Shown here: in pieces, positions 26,830 through 35,554 of the stretch
Layout: each line of letters starts with the position of its first letter
Position numbering within the stretch: the first letter of the stretch is position 1
Assembly: GCA_035489815.1 (NCBI GenBank)
Contig: DATHJH010000018.1
Coordinates: 3,027 to 67,026 of the forward strand
Reading direction: 5' to 3'
DNA: 64,000 nucleotides
Origin: Candidatus Limnocylindria bacterium
GTDB taxonomy: Bacteria; Patescibacteriota; Saccharimonadia; Saccharimonadales; JAGQNK01
The notes under the pieces: model-generated
The model's database searches: none
What the model was told of the DNA's origin: nothing
Seen by the model: the letters and a program-made list of their open reading frames with translations, nothing else
Position numbers and translations under genes: made by a program

Positions 26830-27050
26830 TCAATTCGGACAACTTCAAGCGACCAGATATACACGACGAGGAGTTGATCGCCAAGACGATGAACTACCTA
26901 AAATATCATGATCCAGAGAATGCAACCCGCGAGGATGCTATCTCTCTGCTGGCGTTCATGCAAACTGTCGCTAAAGAAGTTGCAGAAACAATGAGCGCAG
27001 ATAGTTTTGATGATTACTACAAAGCCTACAAAGAACATCAGTCAAAGTAG
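26826..27050 (+). CDS. Hypothetical small acidic protein
   Basis: 74-aa ORF with a 4-nt overlap with the PLD gene stop. Confidence 0.45.
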   Translation: MINSDNFKRPDIHDEELIAKTMNYLKYHDPENATREDAISLLAFMQTVAKEVAETMSADSFDDYYKAYKEHQSK

Positions 27051-27064
27051 TAGTCCTGTCAGAC

Positions 27065-27289
27065 TTACAGCCCCTTAAAGAGCTGCTCTAACGACATGCC
27101 AAGCGCATGTGTCAGTTTGTCCAATGTAGATACCGTAGGTCGGCGGCGTCCTTGTTCAATAAATCCAATATGTGCACTAGCTACCCCGCTCTCGGCTGAG
27201 AGTGCTTCTTGCGACCATCCCTTTTTGGTTCTGGCGGCATAAAGACGCTTGCCAATCTTTTGGTATAAGGTGTCCAGGCGCTTAGTCAT
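27065..27289 (-). CDS. XRE-family helix-turn-helix regulator
   Basis: GWSQEALSAESGVASAHIGFIEQGRRRPTVSTLDKL is a typical HTH_XRE sequence. Confidence 0.85.
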   Translation of the reverse strand: MTKRLDTLYQKIGKRLYAARTKKGWSQEALSAESGVASAHIGFIEQGRRRPTVSTLDKLTHALGMSLEQLFKGL

Positions 27290-27304
27290 TACCTAAAGCG
27301 TATG

Positions 27305-27339
27305 ACTAACATAAGTTAGTGACCACTAACAAATGTTAG
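27305..27339. promoter_or_regulatory. Two CTAAC-N4-GTTAG palindromes (putative operators)
   Basis: ACTAACATAAGTTAGT (27305-27320) and CTAACAAATGTTAG (27326-27339), immediately upstream of the XRE gene start. Confidence 0.55.
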
Positions 27340-27643
27340 GGCTTGTTATTATTTTTGCGACACAATATACTACCAATAAGTCCCGAAAAAGAGGGGCCAA
27401 AATTGATAAGACCTAAACCATATTTTGTGTGGCATGGTCTAAAATCCCTGATAGATACTGATCCCGTCGTTCAGCATCTATCAGGTCATGCGCCGAAAGG
27501 TTCATGGGGCGAGAGCCCGCTGGCGGCGGGCTTTGTGGTTTCGCCACCAATAACCTGATAGAAAACTATGAGAAAACGACTCCATACAGTCGCTATGGCT
27601 GTATTTTTTATGCCAAATTTTCGCCAAATGGACGGAGTGGGCC

Positions 27644-28018
27644 ATGCACAGCCTGAGTATTGAGCGCCGGAAAGCCGGTAGCAACAGCTCTTTGCCTGGA
27701 GATATAGCCTACCAGCTACGCACCCGGCTCGCTTCTGGCAAAGTCTGCGTAGTAACGGATAGGCCCAAGGACATGGTGGCCGCAGTCAAAAAACAATGCC
27801 ACAAAACTACCCGTTTGCGACAGTTACGCTTCGTGGCTAATCCTAATGATGATTTCACAGGTACGGACATCGGCTTTGTGACGCCAGCCCAAGCGCTGGG
27901 CTATGCCCCTGAGTGCCGAACTATGTATATAGCCTGCAACGTCCAAAAGGATAAGCTCCACTTTATGACTGCCATGATGCCGCCCGGCGGAACGGTGGTA
28001 ATCTATGATGCTAACTAG
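27644..28018 (+). CDS. Hypothetical protein, paralog of 23310-23771
   Basis: See the paralog entry. The shared C-terminal block is visible by eye. Confidence 0.45.
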   Translation: MHSLSIERRKAGSNSSLPGDIAYQLRTRLASGKVCVVTDRPKDMVAAVKKQCHKTTRLRQLRFVANPNDDFTGTDIGFVTPAQALGYAPECRTMYIACNVQKDKLHFMTAMMPPGGTVVIYDAN

Positions 28019-28471
28019 CGATTTTATTGCTTGTGTAGTGCGAGAAGATGGGCCATGTCCTTTTTGCCAGTATCCGCCCCAGGTAAATAGGAAGAAGCCT
28101 GTACTTTCTGCAAAAGACGCCCTCGTTTACCTTGAACATTTTAGGGATAAGAAGCAAGAGTTCATTGTTTGCCTGTCGCTGGATATTAGACAGCGTCTTA
28201 TTACTCGACGCATTGTATTCATAGGCTCACACTTACGGCCAGCATAGTCCACCCACGCGAAGTATTTGCCGACCCCCTAAATGACCGCGCGTGTTCGGTG
28301 ATCATTGCCCACAACCATCCTTCGGGCGAAACTACGCCAAGTGAGGCTGACATTAAAGTCACTCAGCAGCTCGTGGCTGCCGGGCAAATCCTGGGTATTC
28401 CCCTTGACGATCACATCATAGTCACGAAGGATGACTATTTCAGTTTTAAGGCCAATGGATTGATGATCTAA
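28005..28471 (+). pseudogene. radC: RadC-like JAB/MPN protein, frameshifted
   Basis: Frame 1 (28005-28247) ends ...LITRRIVFIGSHLRPA-stop. The next frame continues VHPREVFADPLNDRACSVIIAHNHPSGETTPSEADIKVTQQL...stop at 28469-28471. A single missing base near 28245 would restore a normal RadC. Confidence 0.75.
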
Positions 28472-28576
28472 TGGTGTTTTTTCCTGTAAGCTAATTGCTA
28501 ACACCTGACAACAGGGATGAAAAGGAGTAAACTTATCATGAATATATTGTCCAATATATAAGGGAGCCCGAAAGCG

Positions 28577-31552
28577 ATGAGTTCGAAATACCCCAGAGGT
28601 TCGGAGTGGCAGAAATGGGATTTACATCTCCATACCCCAAGTTCTTTTGATTACCACGACAAAAGCGTAACAAATACTTCAATTGTCGCAGCACTTAAAT
28701 CAAAAGGCGTGGTGTGCGCAGCAATTACCGACCATCATGTCATGGATGTTGATCGCATTAAAGAACTTCAGCAACTCGGCAAAAAAGAAGGTATAGTCTT
28801 CCTGCCCGGCATGGAAATACGAGGAGACAAAAGGCACAAAGTCCCTATAAACATTATCGCGATTTTTCCTGAGGACTGCGATTTAGAATACGTCTCAGGC
28901 GAAATGCTGTCGAAGCTGGACATAAATAACCAGCGCAAGGTTCGTAAACGCAGCGAAGAAGAAATCTATATCAATACATTCGACGCCTGCGGCCTAATTC
29001 ATGAGCTCGGCGGTATCGTTACAGTGCACGCAGGAAACAAATCAAACTCAATTGAACAGTGTTTCCCTAACGCTCTGCCAGAAAATGTTGCCGAAAAACT
29101 AGACCTTATAGAGAAAATTGATGTCTTCGAAATCGCAACGCTAAACGATGCGAAAAACTACCGGGAGAAAGTGTTTCCAAATATCCCTAAGAGCCTGCCG
29201 ATGATAAAGACCTCCGACAACCACGATGCAAAATCTTATGAGTTTAAGGACGACCTATACTGTTGGATTAAAGCCGATGTTACCTACGATGGCTTACTTC
29301 AGATTATCTATGAACCAGACGACCGAGTATTTATTGGGCAAGAGCCGCCAGTCCTTGAAAGAATCAGGTCAAACAAAACTCGGTATATTAAGTCGCTTTC
29401 TATCAATAAAGTTCCTGGATATAAAAGCGGTCAGGGGGTTTGGTTCGAAGACATCAATATTGAGCTGAACAAGGAACTCGTTGCAATTATTGGCAATAAA
29501 GGAAGCGGCAAAAGTGCAATTTCAGATATCTTGGGCGTTCTCGGTAACACACATAATGCCGGTATCAAGCATTCAAATTTATCCTTCTTGACATCGGCGA
29601 AGTTCAGAAAAAAGGGTTATGCAGAAAACTTCACTGCCCAAATGGTCTGGGAAGACAAAAGTGGTCTTGGCGTAGACATCCCTTTGAACGTTGAGATTGA
29701 TACTGATAAGAAAGAGAAAGTTAGATATTTACCCCAGCACTACTTTGAAACGCTTACTAACAGTATCGATGGCAAAGGCTTTGAAGAAACTCTTACAGGG
29801 GTGATATTCCTTCACATCCCTGACGCACAAAGGCTGGAAAGCCACACCTTCGCTGAGCTTGTAGAGATTAAGGGTGCCGGTATAGAGACAGAATTAACTG
29901 ATTTGCAAACAGAAGTTAAAGCAATATCCGAACGGCTGATCAAACTTGAAGCGAAGAATCATCCAAGCTACAAAGTTCAGCTTGAGAGTTTGGTTAAAGA
30001 GAAGCAGAAGGAATTAACCGAGCATAATAAGATAAAACCAAAAACTGTGCTAGACCCTTCGAAAGCAAAAGGTTCGAGCAAAGCTACGAAAGCCCAAGAA
30101 CAAAAATACACGCAGCTCCAAAAGCTGAATGCTGAATTTAAGTTACTGGTTGAAACTATTGCGAAAAAACGTATAGAGCTCTCAAAAGCTACAAAAGAGC
30201 ATCAAGAACTGGACGAGCAGAAAAGCGCATTCGCACGTATTCAGGCACAGTTTGAAACTTATAGATCCGACAATGAGGCCAAGTTAAATGATCATGGAAT
30301 AGATATAGATAAAGTTGCAAAAGCAACATTTGATAAAAAACCTATCGAAACAAAGGTATCGGCAAAGACAGGCTTAATAAGCCGTCTCGAAAAACAACTA
30401 AAGACTAAGGCGTCTATTGACTGGGATCCTGAACTTGAAGATGATGAGAAGGCTCTAGAAGCAGCCTATAAAGCGAGTCTACTTGTGCAACAGGAGGAGC
30501 TTCAAACAAAGATAAATGACCTAACTAAAGATCTTTCACAACCCGAAAAGGACTACCAGCAATACAAAGAAAATCTTGCTACTTGGAAAAAGAAAAAATT
30601 AGAGATTGTCGGCTCTAAAACTCAGCTAAAAAGCCTTGAATTTTATAAGAATGAGTTGTCCTACGTTGAAAAAGTATTGGGCGGAGAAATTAGTACGGCT
30701 CGTAAAGAAAGAGCCGATAAAGCAATTGATATCTTCAAGAAGAAAAAAGAGATTATTGAACTCTACAAATCCTTCAAGACTTCAATTGATAAAGAGATCC
30801 AGAAAGACAAAGAATTTAATGCAGTCTTCAACATGGAAATAGACGTTAACTTTAAGCTATCTCCTAGATTCTCCAAGAACTTCCTTGAGTTCATCAATAA
30901 ATCGCGTAAAGGAACATTTTTGGGTGCCAGCGAGAAGGATGTTGAAGAATTATTCCTGGACAAAAACTTGCTCGAAGAAAAAGACATCCTTTCCGTGTTG
31001 GACGAAATAATTGATTGTCTTGAGTGTGATAGGCGTGAAATTGGCGATGTTCCTAAAACAAGACAAATAGCCGACCAAGTTGACAGAGTTCAGGGCTTTT
31101 ACGATTTTATTTTCTGCTTGAACTACTTGAAGCCAATCTACGAACTTAAGCTTGATGGAAAAATTCTTGATGAATTATCTCCCGGCGAAAAAGGAACGTT
31201 GTTGCTCGTCTTTTATCTAATGATCGATAAAGAAGATATACCTCTCATAATTGATCAGCCCGAAGATAACCTTGACAACAAGAGTGTGTTCCAGGTTCTT
31301 ACTCGCTTTATTAAGAGCGCAAAGAAACGAAGACAGATCATTATTGTTACCCATAACCCTAACTTGGCGGTGGGCGCAGATGCCGAACAGATTATCTATG
31401 TAGAGCTAGATAAAAAAGATGGCAAAAACGTATTTATCCGAGAAGTGGGGTCTATCGAGAACAAGGATATTAACGCCAGACTTGTAGAAATCCTAGAAGG
31501 AACAATGCCTGCATTTGATCAACGCAAACTGCGCTATAGGAATGATAAATGA
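28577..31552 (+). CDS. PHP-domain phosphoesterase fused to a Rad50/SMC-like ABC ATPase with coiled-coil insert (PplA/TrlF-like architecture)
   Basis: PHP motifs WDLHLHT, AITDHH, GMEIR, TVHAGN, TSDNHD. Walker A IIGNKGSGKS, then about 400 aa of K/E/L-rich coiled coil. LSPGEKGTL, Walker B LIIDQPEDNLD and IIIVTHNPN follow. Confidence 0.85.
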   Translation: MSSKYPRGSEWQKWDLHLHTPSSFDYHDKSVTNTSIVAALKSKGVVCAAITDHHVMDVDRIKELQQLGKKEGIVFLPGMEIRGDKRHKVPINIIAIFPEDCDLEYVSGEMLSKLDINNQRKVRKRSEEEIYINTFDACGLIHELGGIVTVHAGNKSNSIEQCFPNALPENVAEKLDLIEKIDVFEIATLNDAKNYREKVFPNIPKSLPMIKTSDNHDAKSYEFKDDLYCWIKADVTYDGLLQIIYEPDDRVFIGQEPPVLERIRSNKTRYIKSLSINKVPGYKSGQGVWFEDINIELNKELVAIIGNKGSGKSAISDILGVLGNTHNAGIKHSNLSFLTSAKFRKKGYAENFTAQMVWEDKSGLGVDIPLNVEIDTDKKEKVRYLPQHYFETLTNSIDGKGFEETLTGVIFLHIPDAQRLESHTFAELVEIKGAGIETELTDLQTEVKAISERLIKLEAKNHPSYKVQLESLVKEKQKELTEHNKIKPKTVLDPSKAKGSSKATKAQEQKYTQLQKLNAEFKLLVETIAKKRIELSKATKEHQELDEQKSAFARIQAQFETYRSDNEAKLNDHGIDIDKVAKATFDKKPIETKVSAKTGLISRLEKQLKTKASIDWDPELEDDEKALEAAYKASLLVQQEELQTKINDLTKDLSQPEKDYQQYKENLATWKKKKLEIVGSKTQLKSLEFYKNELSYVEKVLGGEISTARKERADKAIDIFKKKKEIIELYKSFKTSIDKEIQKDKEFNAVFNMEIDVNFKLSPRFSKNFLEFINKSRKGTFLGASEKDVEELFLDKNLLEEKDILSVLDEIIDCLECDRREIGDVPKTRQIADQVDRVQGFYDFIFCLNYLKPIYELKLDGKILDELSPGEKGTLLLVFYLMIDKEDIPLIIDQPEDNLDNKSVFQVLTRFIKSAKKRRQIIIVTHNPNLAVGADAEQIIYVELDKKDGKNVFIREVGSIENKDINARLVEILEGTMPAFDQRKLRYRNDK

Positions 31553-32724
31553 ATACTATTAAATGCACCCACTGTGGCAAAGATATCGAACTATCCGAAG
31601 CCCTGACCAAAGATATTGAGTCGAGCGTACTTGAGGCCGAGCACAAGAAGCACATTGCCGAGCTTGAAAAAGTTAAGGCCGAAGCTACCGCTAACGCTCA
31701 AAAAGAAATAGATGAAGCCAAGCAAAAAGCTACCGACCAAGCGCAGGCAAAACTTGCCACAAAACTCAAGGAGCTTCAAGAAGAGTCCGCCGAGGACAAG
31801 AAGGACAACCAAGAGCTTCGTGAGCAGCTCAAACAACTCATGCAACAGCTACGAGAATCAAACAAGGCAAAAGACAATATAGAAATCGAGATGCAGAAAA
31901 AGCTTACTGAGGAAGAAGGAAAAATCCGCGAAGAAGCCCAAAAGTCTGCCGATGAGAAACAACGCCTAAACCTTGCCGCCCGTGACAAAACCATTTCTGA
32001 TCTCCAAAAAGCACTTGATGAAGCCCAGCGCAAAGCAGCACAAGGCTCGCAGCAGCTCCAGGGCGAGATTATAGAGCTTGACCTTGAAACAGAGCTTACA
32101 AACATATTTCGGGATGATGACATAGAGCCAGTCGCCAAAGGCACAAGAGGCGGCGATATTCTTCATACTGTAAAAAGTCCGCGTGGTACTGCGTGCGGTG
32201 TAATGCTCTGGGAAATAAAGCGTACCAAAAACTGGGTTGATGGCTGGATCCCTAAGCTCAAAGAAGACCTGCGGAACGGGAAAGCCAACATCCCCATTAT
32301 TGTTAGCGAGGTAATGCCTAAATCCATCGCCGAGGATATCGGTACGTTCAATGGCGTATGGATATGCAAGCCGCGCATGGCAATTGTCCTAGCAATGCTC
32401 TTGAGGAAAAGCTTACTTGATTCCGGGCTACAAAAAGCCCTGGCTGAAAATAGAGGCACGAAAGCAGATGCCCTATACAACTTTGTAACCAGCCATGAGT
32501 TTGTCCACCAGATAGAAGCAATGGTAGAGACTTATCAAGAAATGACCCAACAAATTACTAAAGAACGTACATACTATGCTAAGTTTTGGGCCGAGCGAGA
32601 GGCGCAGGCCCAACGCCTACTACTTGGAACAGCCAATATTATTGGTAGCATGCAAGGTCATGTCGGCCAGGCCTCGATGCCTAAGATTAAAGGATTAGAG
32701 TTGCTTGAAGCTGGCGATGAATGA
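31549..32724 (+). CDS. DUF2130-like protein: N-terminal CxxC, long coiled coil, C-terminal PD-(D/E)xK-like domain
   Basis: ATG overlaps the upstream stop (ATGA). IKCTHCGK is followed by a K/E/Q-rich region to about aa 175. The C-terminal block is GGDILHTVKSPRGTACGVMLWEIKRTKNW. Confidence 0.75.
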   Translation: MNTIKCTHCGKDIELSEALTKDIESSVLEAEHKKHIAELEKVKAEATANAQKEIDEAKQKATDQAQAKLATKLKELQEESAEDKKDNQELREQLKQLMQQLRESNKAKDNIEIEMQKKLTEEEGKIREEAQKSADEKQRLNLAARDKTISDLQKALDEAQRKAAQGSQQLQGEIIELDLETELTNIFRDDDIEPVAKGTRGGDILHTVKSPRGTACGVMLWEIKRTKNWVDGWIPKLKEDLRNGKANIPIIVSEVMPKSIAEDIGTFNGVWICKPRMAIVLAMLLRKSLLDSGLQKALAENRGTKADALYNFVTSHEFVHQIEAMVETYQEMTQQITKERTYYAKFWAEREAQAQRLLLGTANIIGSMQGHVGQASMPKIKGLELLEAGDE

Positions 32725-32972
32725 TTGCAAAAGAGTAAAATAGAAAATGTCGCATGAGCGACTATTAAAGGAGGTTTCTTATGACCAAACTTTTGATAGC
32801 CGCATGTCCGCGCAGTATTAGGTAAATGGCAACTTGCTTCAGGGGCCGGGCCTATAGCTTGACCTTGAACTAGCTGTCGCGGGATAAGACTTATAGTCTA
32901 AAAGAGAGGAACTGGCAGCTTAGTCCCGGTAACAGCCTGTCGGCAACCCTCTCCATGCGTCATACCAGAAAC

Positions 32973-33551
32973 TCAAAACCCCGGATCATTGAAATAATCT
33001 ATGCTGAAAATATCTGATGCTTCGGCAAAGTTATTACGCTCCCATTGCATAAAAGGTTTTGGATTGCCCTTTGGTGATATTTCTTCGTTATAGAATTTTG
33101 GATTTACTACAGCTTTTGTAAACTGTCCTATCGCAAGCAGATGATTGCCGCCAACGTCTTTTGGCAGGTCAATAATCTTGCACTCTATCCAGCCGAGGGC
33201 GTCTTTCAGTGTTGGGCCGTATTCTGAAAAGTCTAGGTCTAGGCTGGCTTTGAATTCTTCGATTTTGTCTTTGTCAGACTTATAGCCAGAGTATTTTTGA
33301 CCTAGCTTCCAGATCAATTCAAGCTGTTCCTTATGGGGAACTGAAACGGTGAAGCCCTTGGCACTCCTGAGGTTGTCGGCTGTAATCCAGGGTTTGTAGA
33401 CGGCGATTATAGCCATCCCAGGATCAGTACTGATTGACGTGATGTTGTTGATCGGGATAATGTTCTTGCGGCCATCCGGCGCTGTCGTGCCGATAGTTAC
33501 AACTAGGCGTGGTGCTAAAATGCGATGTAGTTTTTCGGTGACTTCAATCAT
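32973..33551 (-). CDS. Flavin reductase-like (FMN-binding split-barrel) protein
   Basis: LAPRLVVTIGTTAPDGRKNIIPINN... is typical of the flavin reductase-like domain. Has a 4-nt overlap with the upstream gene. Confidence 0.65.
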   Translation of the reverse strand: MIEVTEKLHRILAPRLVVTIGTTAPDGRKNIIPINNITSISTDPGMAIIAVYKPWITADNLRSAKGFTVSVPHKEQLELIWKLGQKYSGYKSDKDKIEEFKASLDLDFSEYGPTLKDALGWIECKIIDLPKDVGGNHLLAIGQFTKAVVNPKFYNEEISPKGNPKPFMQWERNNFAEASDIFSIDYFNDPGF

Positions 33552-34015
33552 GCCCCTGCCTCCACTCTAACATCTACAAAGTTACCATTTATCTCCTCAT
33601 CTGCGTTCATCCAAATCTTTAGGGGTACGGCTTTGTAAATTCGTCGTGGACAGTCGCCAAGATACTGTTTGCCGTCTGATGGGTTGTAAGGATCATTTTT
33701 GAAAACCAGGGCAGCTTGCATGACTTCTTGCTCCTCGCTTAATTCAACGGCTTCAGCTTGAATATAGACTCCGCCTGAAGGCTTATCACCAGCAGGCGTT
33801 GAATCGTAGATAGCAATAAACACGCGGCCATTGCTTTGAATATTCTTGGAGTGTTGGTTATCAGTCCATGACGCCCAATAAAACGTATAGTCATTGTCAA
33901 AGCGGAAGCTGGCTACTGGCGTGTTCCAGGGTTGACCGTTTTCATCAACAGTAGCAAGGGTGATGTACTTTATCTGGTCAACTACTTCTCTGGCTGTTTG
34001 GTTGGGCGTGACCAT
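33548..34015 (-). CDS. Pyridoxamine 5'-phosphate oxidase-family (PNPOx-like) protein
   Basis: ITLATVDENGQPWNTPVASFRFDNDYTFYWASW is a split-barrel pattern. Confidence 0.65.
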   Translation of the reverse strand: MVTPNQTAREVVDQIKYITLATVDENGQPWNTPVASFRFDNDYTFYWASWTDNQHSKNIQSNGRVFIAIYDSTPAGDKPSGGVYIQAEAVELSEEQEVMQAALVFKNDPYNPSDGKQYLGDCPRRIYKAVPLKIWMNADEEINGNFVDVRVEAGA

Positions 34016-34018
34016 TAA

Positions 34019-34663
34019 TCAACTCCTATTTTCAAAAACGCTCAAAATATCCTTAAAGCTCATAAAACAGTAGTCGGCTTCCGGTGAGCTAGAATAAAGC
34101 AAGCAAGTCTGTATACCGACAGCCTTAGCAGGTTTCACGTCTACGTCTACTCGATCACCGACGTACAATAGGTTTTCTGGCGGTAGCTTGGAGCGTTCGA
34201 TCATCAAATGGAAGCCATCTAAGGCAGGTTTACGCTCCTTAATGTCATCGCCAGTCAGCAGAACAGTAAACCAGGCCGGGTCAATCTCAATAGCTTTCAG
34301 CGTCGCTGTCAGACGCTCTAGCTTAACATTGGTGAACACAGAGATGGGTACGATTTGTTTGAGCTGTTTAAGTGTATCGTTTATCTCTTGGCTTGGCTTA
34401 AAATATTTTGTTTCGTCTAGCGAATTGAAATAATGCTGCCAGTAGTCTGATGGCAGGCCGAGTGATCGGAAAACAGCTGAGTTGCTGCCGTGCTTTTTGT
34501 AGAGTTCTTCAAACTCAGCTTTTAGGGCTCCGCCTACCGGCCTTTTGACCACTTTTGCATAGGTCTCGTAACGAAGTTGGTTGTGCGCTTCGTGGAATTC
34601 GGGTGTATGGACGGTAAGTGTGCCGTCCAGGTCAAACCAGACGTGCTTGACTGGTGCGCTCAT
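34019..34663 (-). CDS. HAD-superfamily hydrolase
   Basis: Motif I VWFDLDGTL and motif IV YVGDRVDVDV. Confidence 0.8.
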   Translation of the reverse strand: MSAPVKHVWFDLDGTLTVHTPEFHEAHNQLRYETYAKVVKRPVGGALKAEFEELYKKHGSNSAVFRSLGLPSDYWQHYFNSLDETKYFKPSQEINDTLKQLKQIVPISVFTNVKLERLTATLKAIEIDPAWFTVLLTGDDIKERKPALDGFHLMIERSKLPPENLLYVGDRVDVDVKPAKAVGIQTCLLYSSSPEADYCFMSFKDILSVFENRS

Positions 34664-35091
34664 CGCAAGTCAACTCCACAGTGCTCTTTCGTCCAGTTTT
34701 TGACACTTGATTCGGCACCAGCACCGCTGAGGCTGGCGGCAATGGCTGAGGACGGGTCGTCCTTCATCTTCTTGTAGAGGGAGCGTAGGGTTTCGACGTC
34801 ATTTTTAATGTCGTCGGGGGCTACTTTTTCTAATCTGTCGAACGAGGTGACAAACTCGCCTGCGTCGCTTAGCTCGTCATTGAAAACGCCGGACGGCCAA
34901 GTGTCGCCGGGGAATTTTGCGAGACGGGCTCTTTCTTCCTTGTAGACATCGCAGTAGGCCGCAACTGATCGTTTTGGTGTTGTGAACTGAGCTACAAGTA
35001 AGATTAAGACGATTATTCCTACCCCAACTAAAACGAAGTTTCGTTTCTTGGGGTCAACTCCCTTATGCTTCTCGATTGTTTTCTTCTCCAT
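34660..35091 (-). CDS. Membrane-anchored hypothetical protein
   Basis: N-terminal TM (FVLVGVGIIVLILLVAQF). No motif recognised. Confidence 0.5.
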   Translation of the reverse strand: MEKKTIEKHKGVDPKKRNFVLVGVGIIVLILLVAQFTTPKRSVAAYCDVYKEERARLAKFPGDTWPSGVFNDELSDAGEFVTSFDRLEKVAPDDIKNDVETLRSLYKKMKDDPSSAIAASLSGAGAESSVKNWTKEHCGVDLR

Positions 35092-35209
35092 ATCCCGATT
35101 ATATCACCTCTCTATAACACTTATGCTTTGCAATATTGTTTACGCTAGGTAAACCTTATGATATATATTAACTCATACAATAATCAAGGGGCCGCAAGGA
35201 GGGAAATCT

Positions 35210-35551
35210 GTGCAAAAATACAAAACCTTAAAAGTGGTAGCGCTTTTTGTGGCGTTGGGTGTGCCGCTTGTCTTTGCTCATCCCGCGCTTGCCGCTGAGG
35301 GCAATGTGGCACAGGTTGAGAACTTTATACGGAGTGTCATCAAGGTCATTGCTGGCTTGGCCGGACTGATTGCCACTGGCTTCTTTGTGGTGGGTGGCTT
35401 GGGATATATCACCAGCTCTGGCGCTCCCGAAAGGTTGGACAAGTCCAAGCAAACACTCTTGTGGTCAAGCATTGGTCTGGCGATTGTGATTGGCGCGTTC
35501 GTTATTAGCAACATCGTGACTGACTTAGCAACCAGCTCCTTCGGAAACTAG
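35210..35551 (+). CDS. T4SS pilin-like protein (VirB2/TrbC-like)
   Basis: GTG start after AAGGAGGG. Has a signal peptide ending AHPALA plus two hydrophobic helices, and is 113 aa long. Confidence 0.65.
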   Translation: MQKYKTLKVVALFVALGVPLVFAHPALAAEGNVAQVENFIRSVIKVIAGLAGLIATGFFVVGGLGYITSSGAPERLDKSKQTLLWSSIGLAIVIGAFVISNIVTDLATSSFGN

Positions 35552-35554
35552 CCA

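Noticed and set aside
27343-27558. 71-aa ORF divergent from the XRE gene (possible Cro-like partner)
   Set aside because: It has a non-ATG start and no HTH pattern. It ends in a hairpin (AGCCCGC/GCGGGCT) that looks more like a terminator of a short transcript. Left uncalled.
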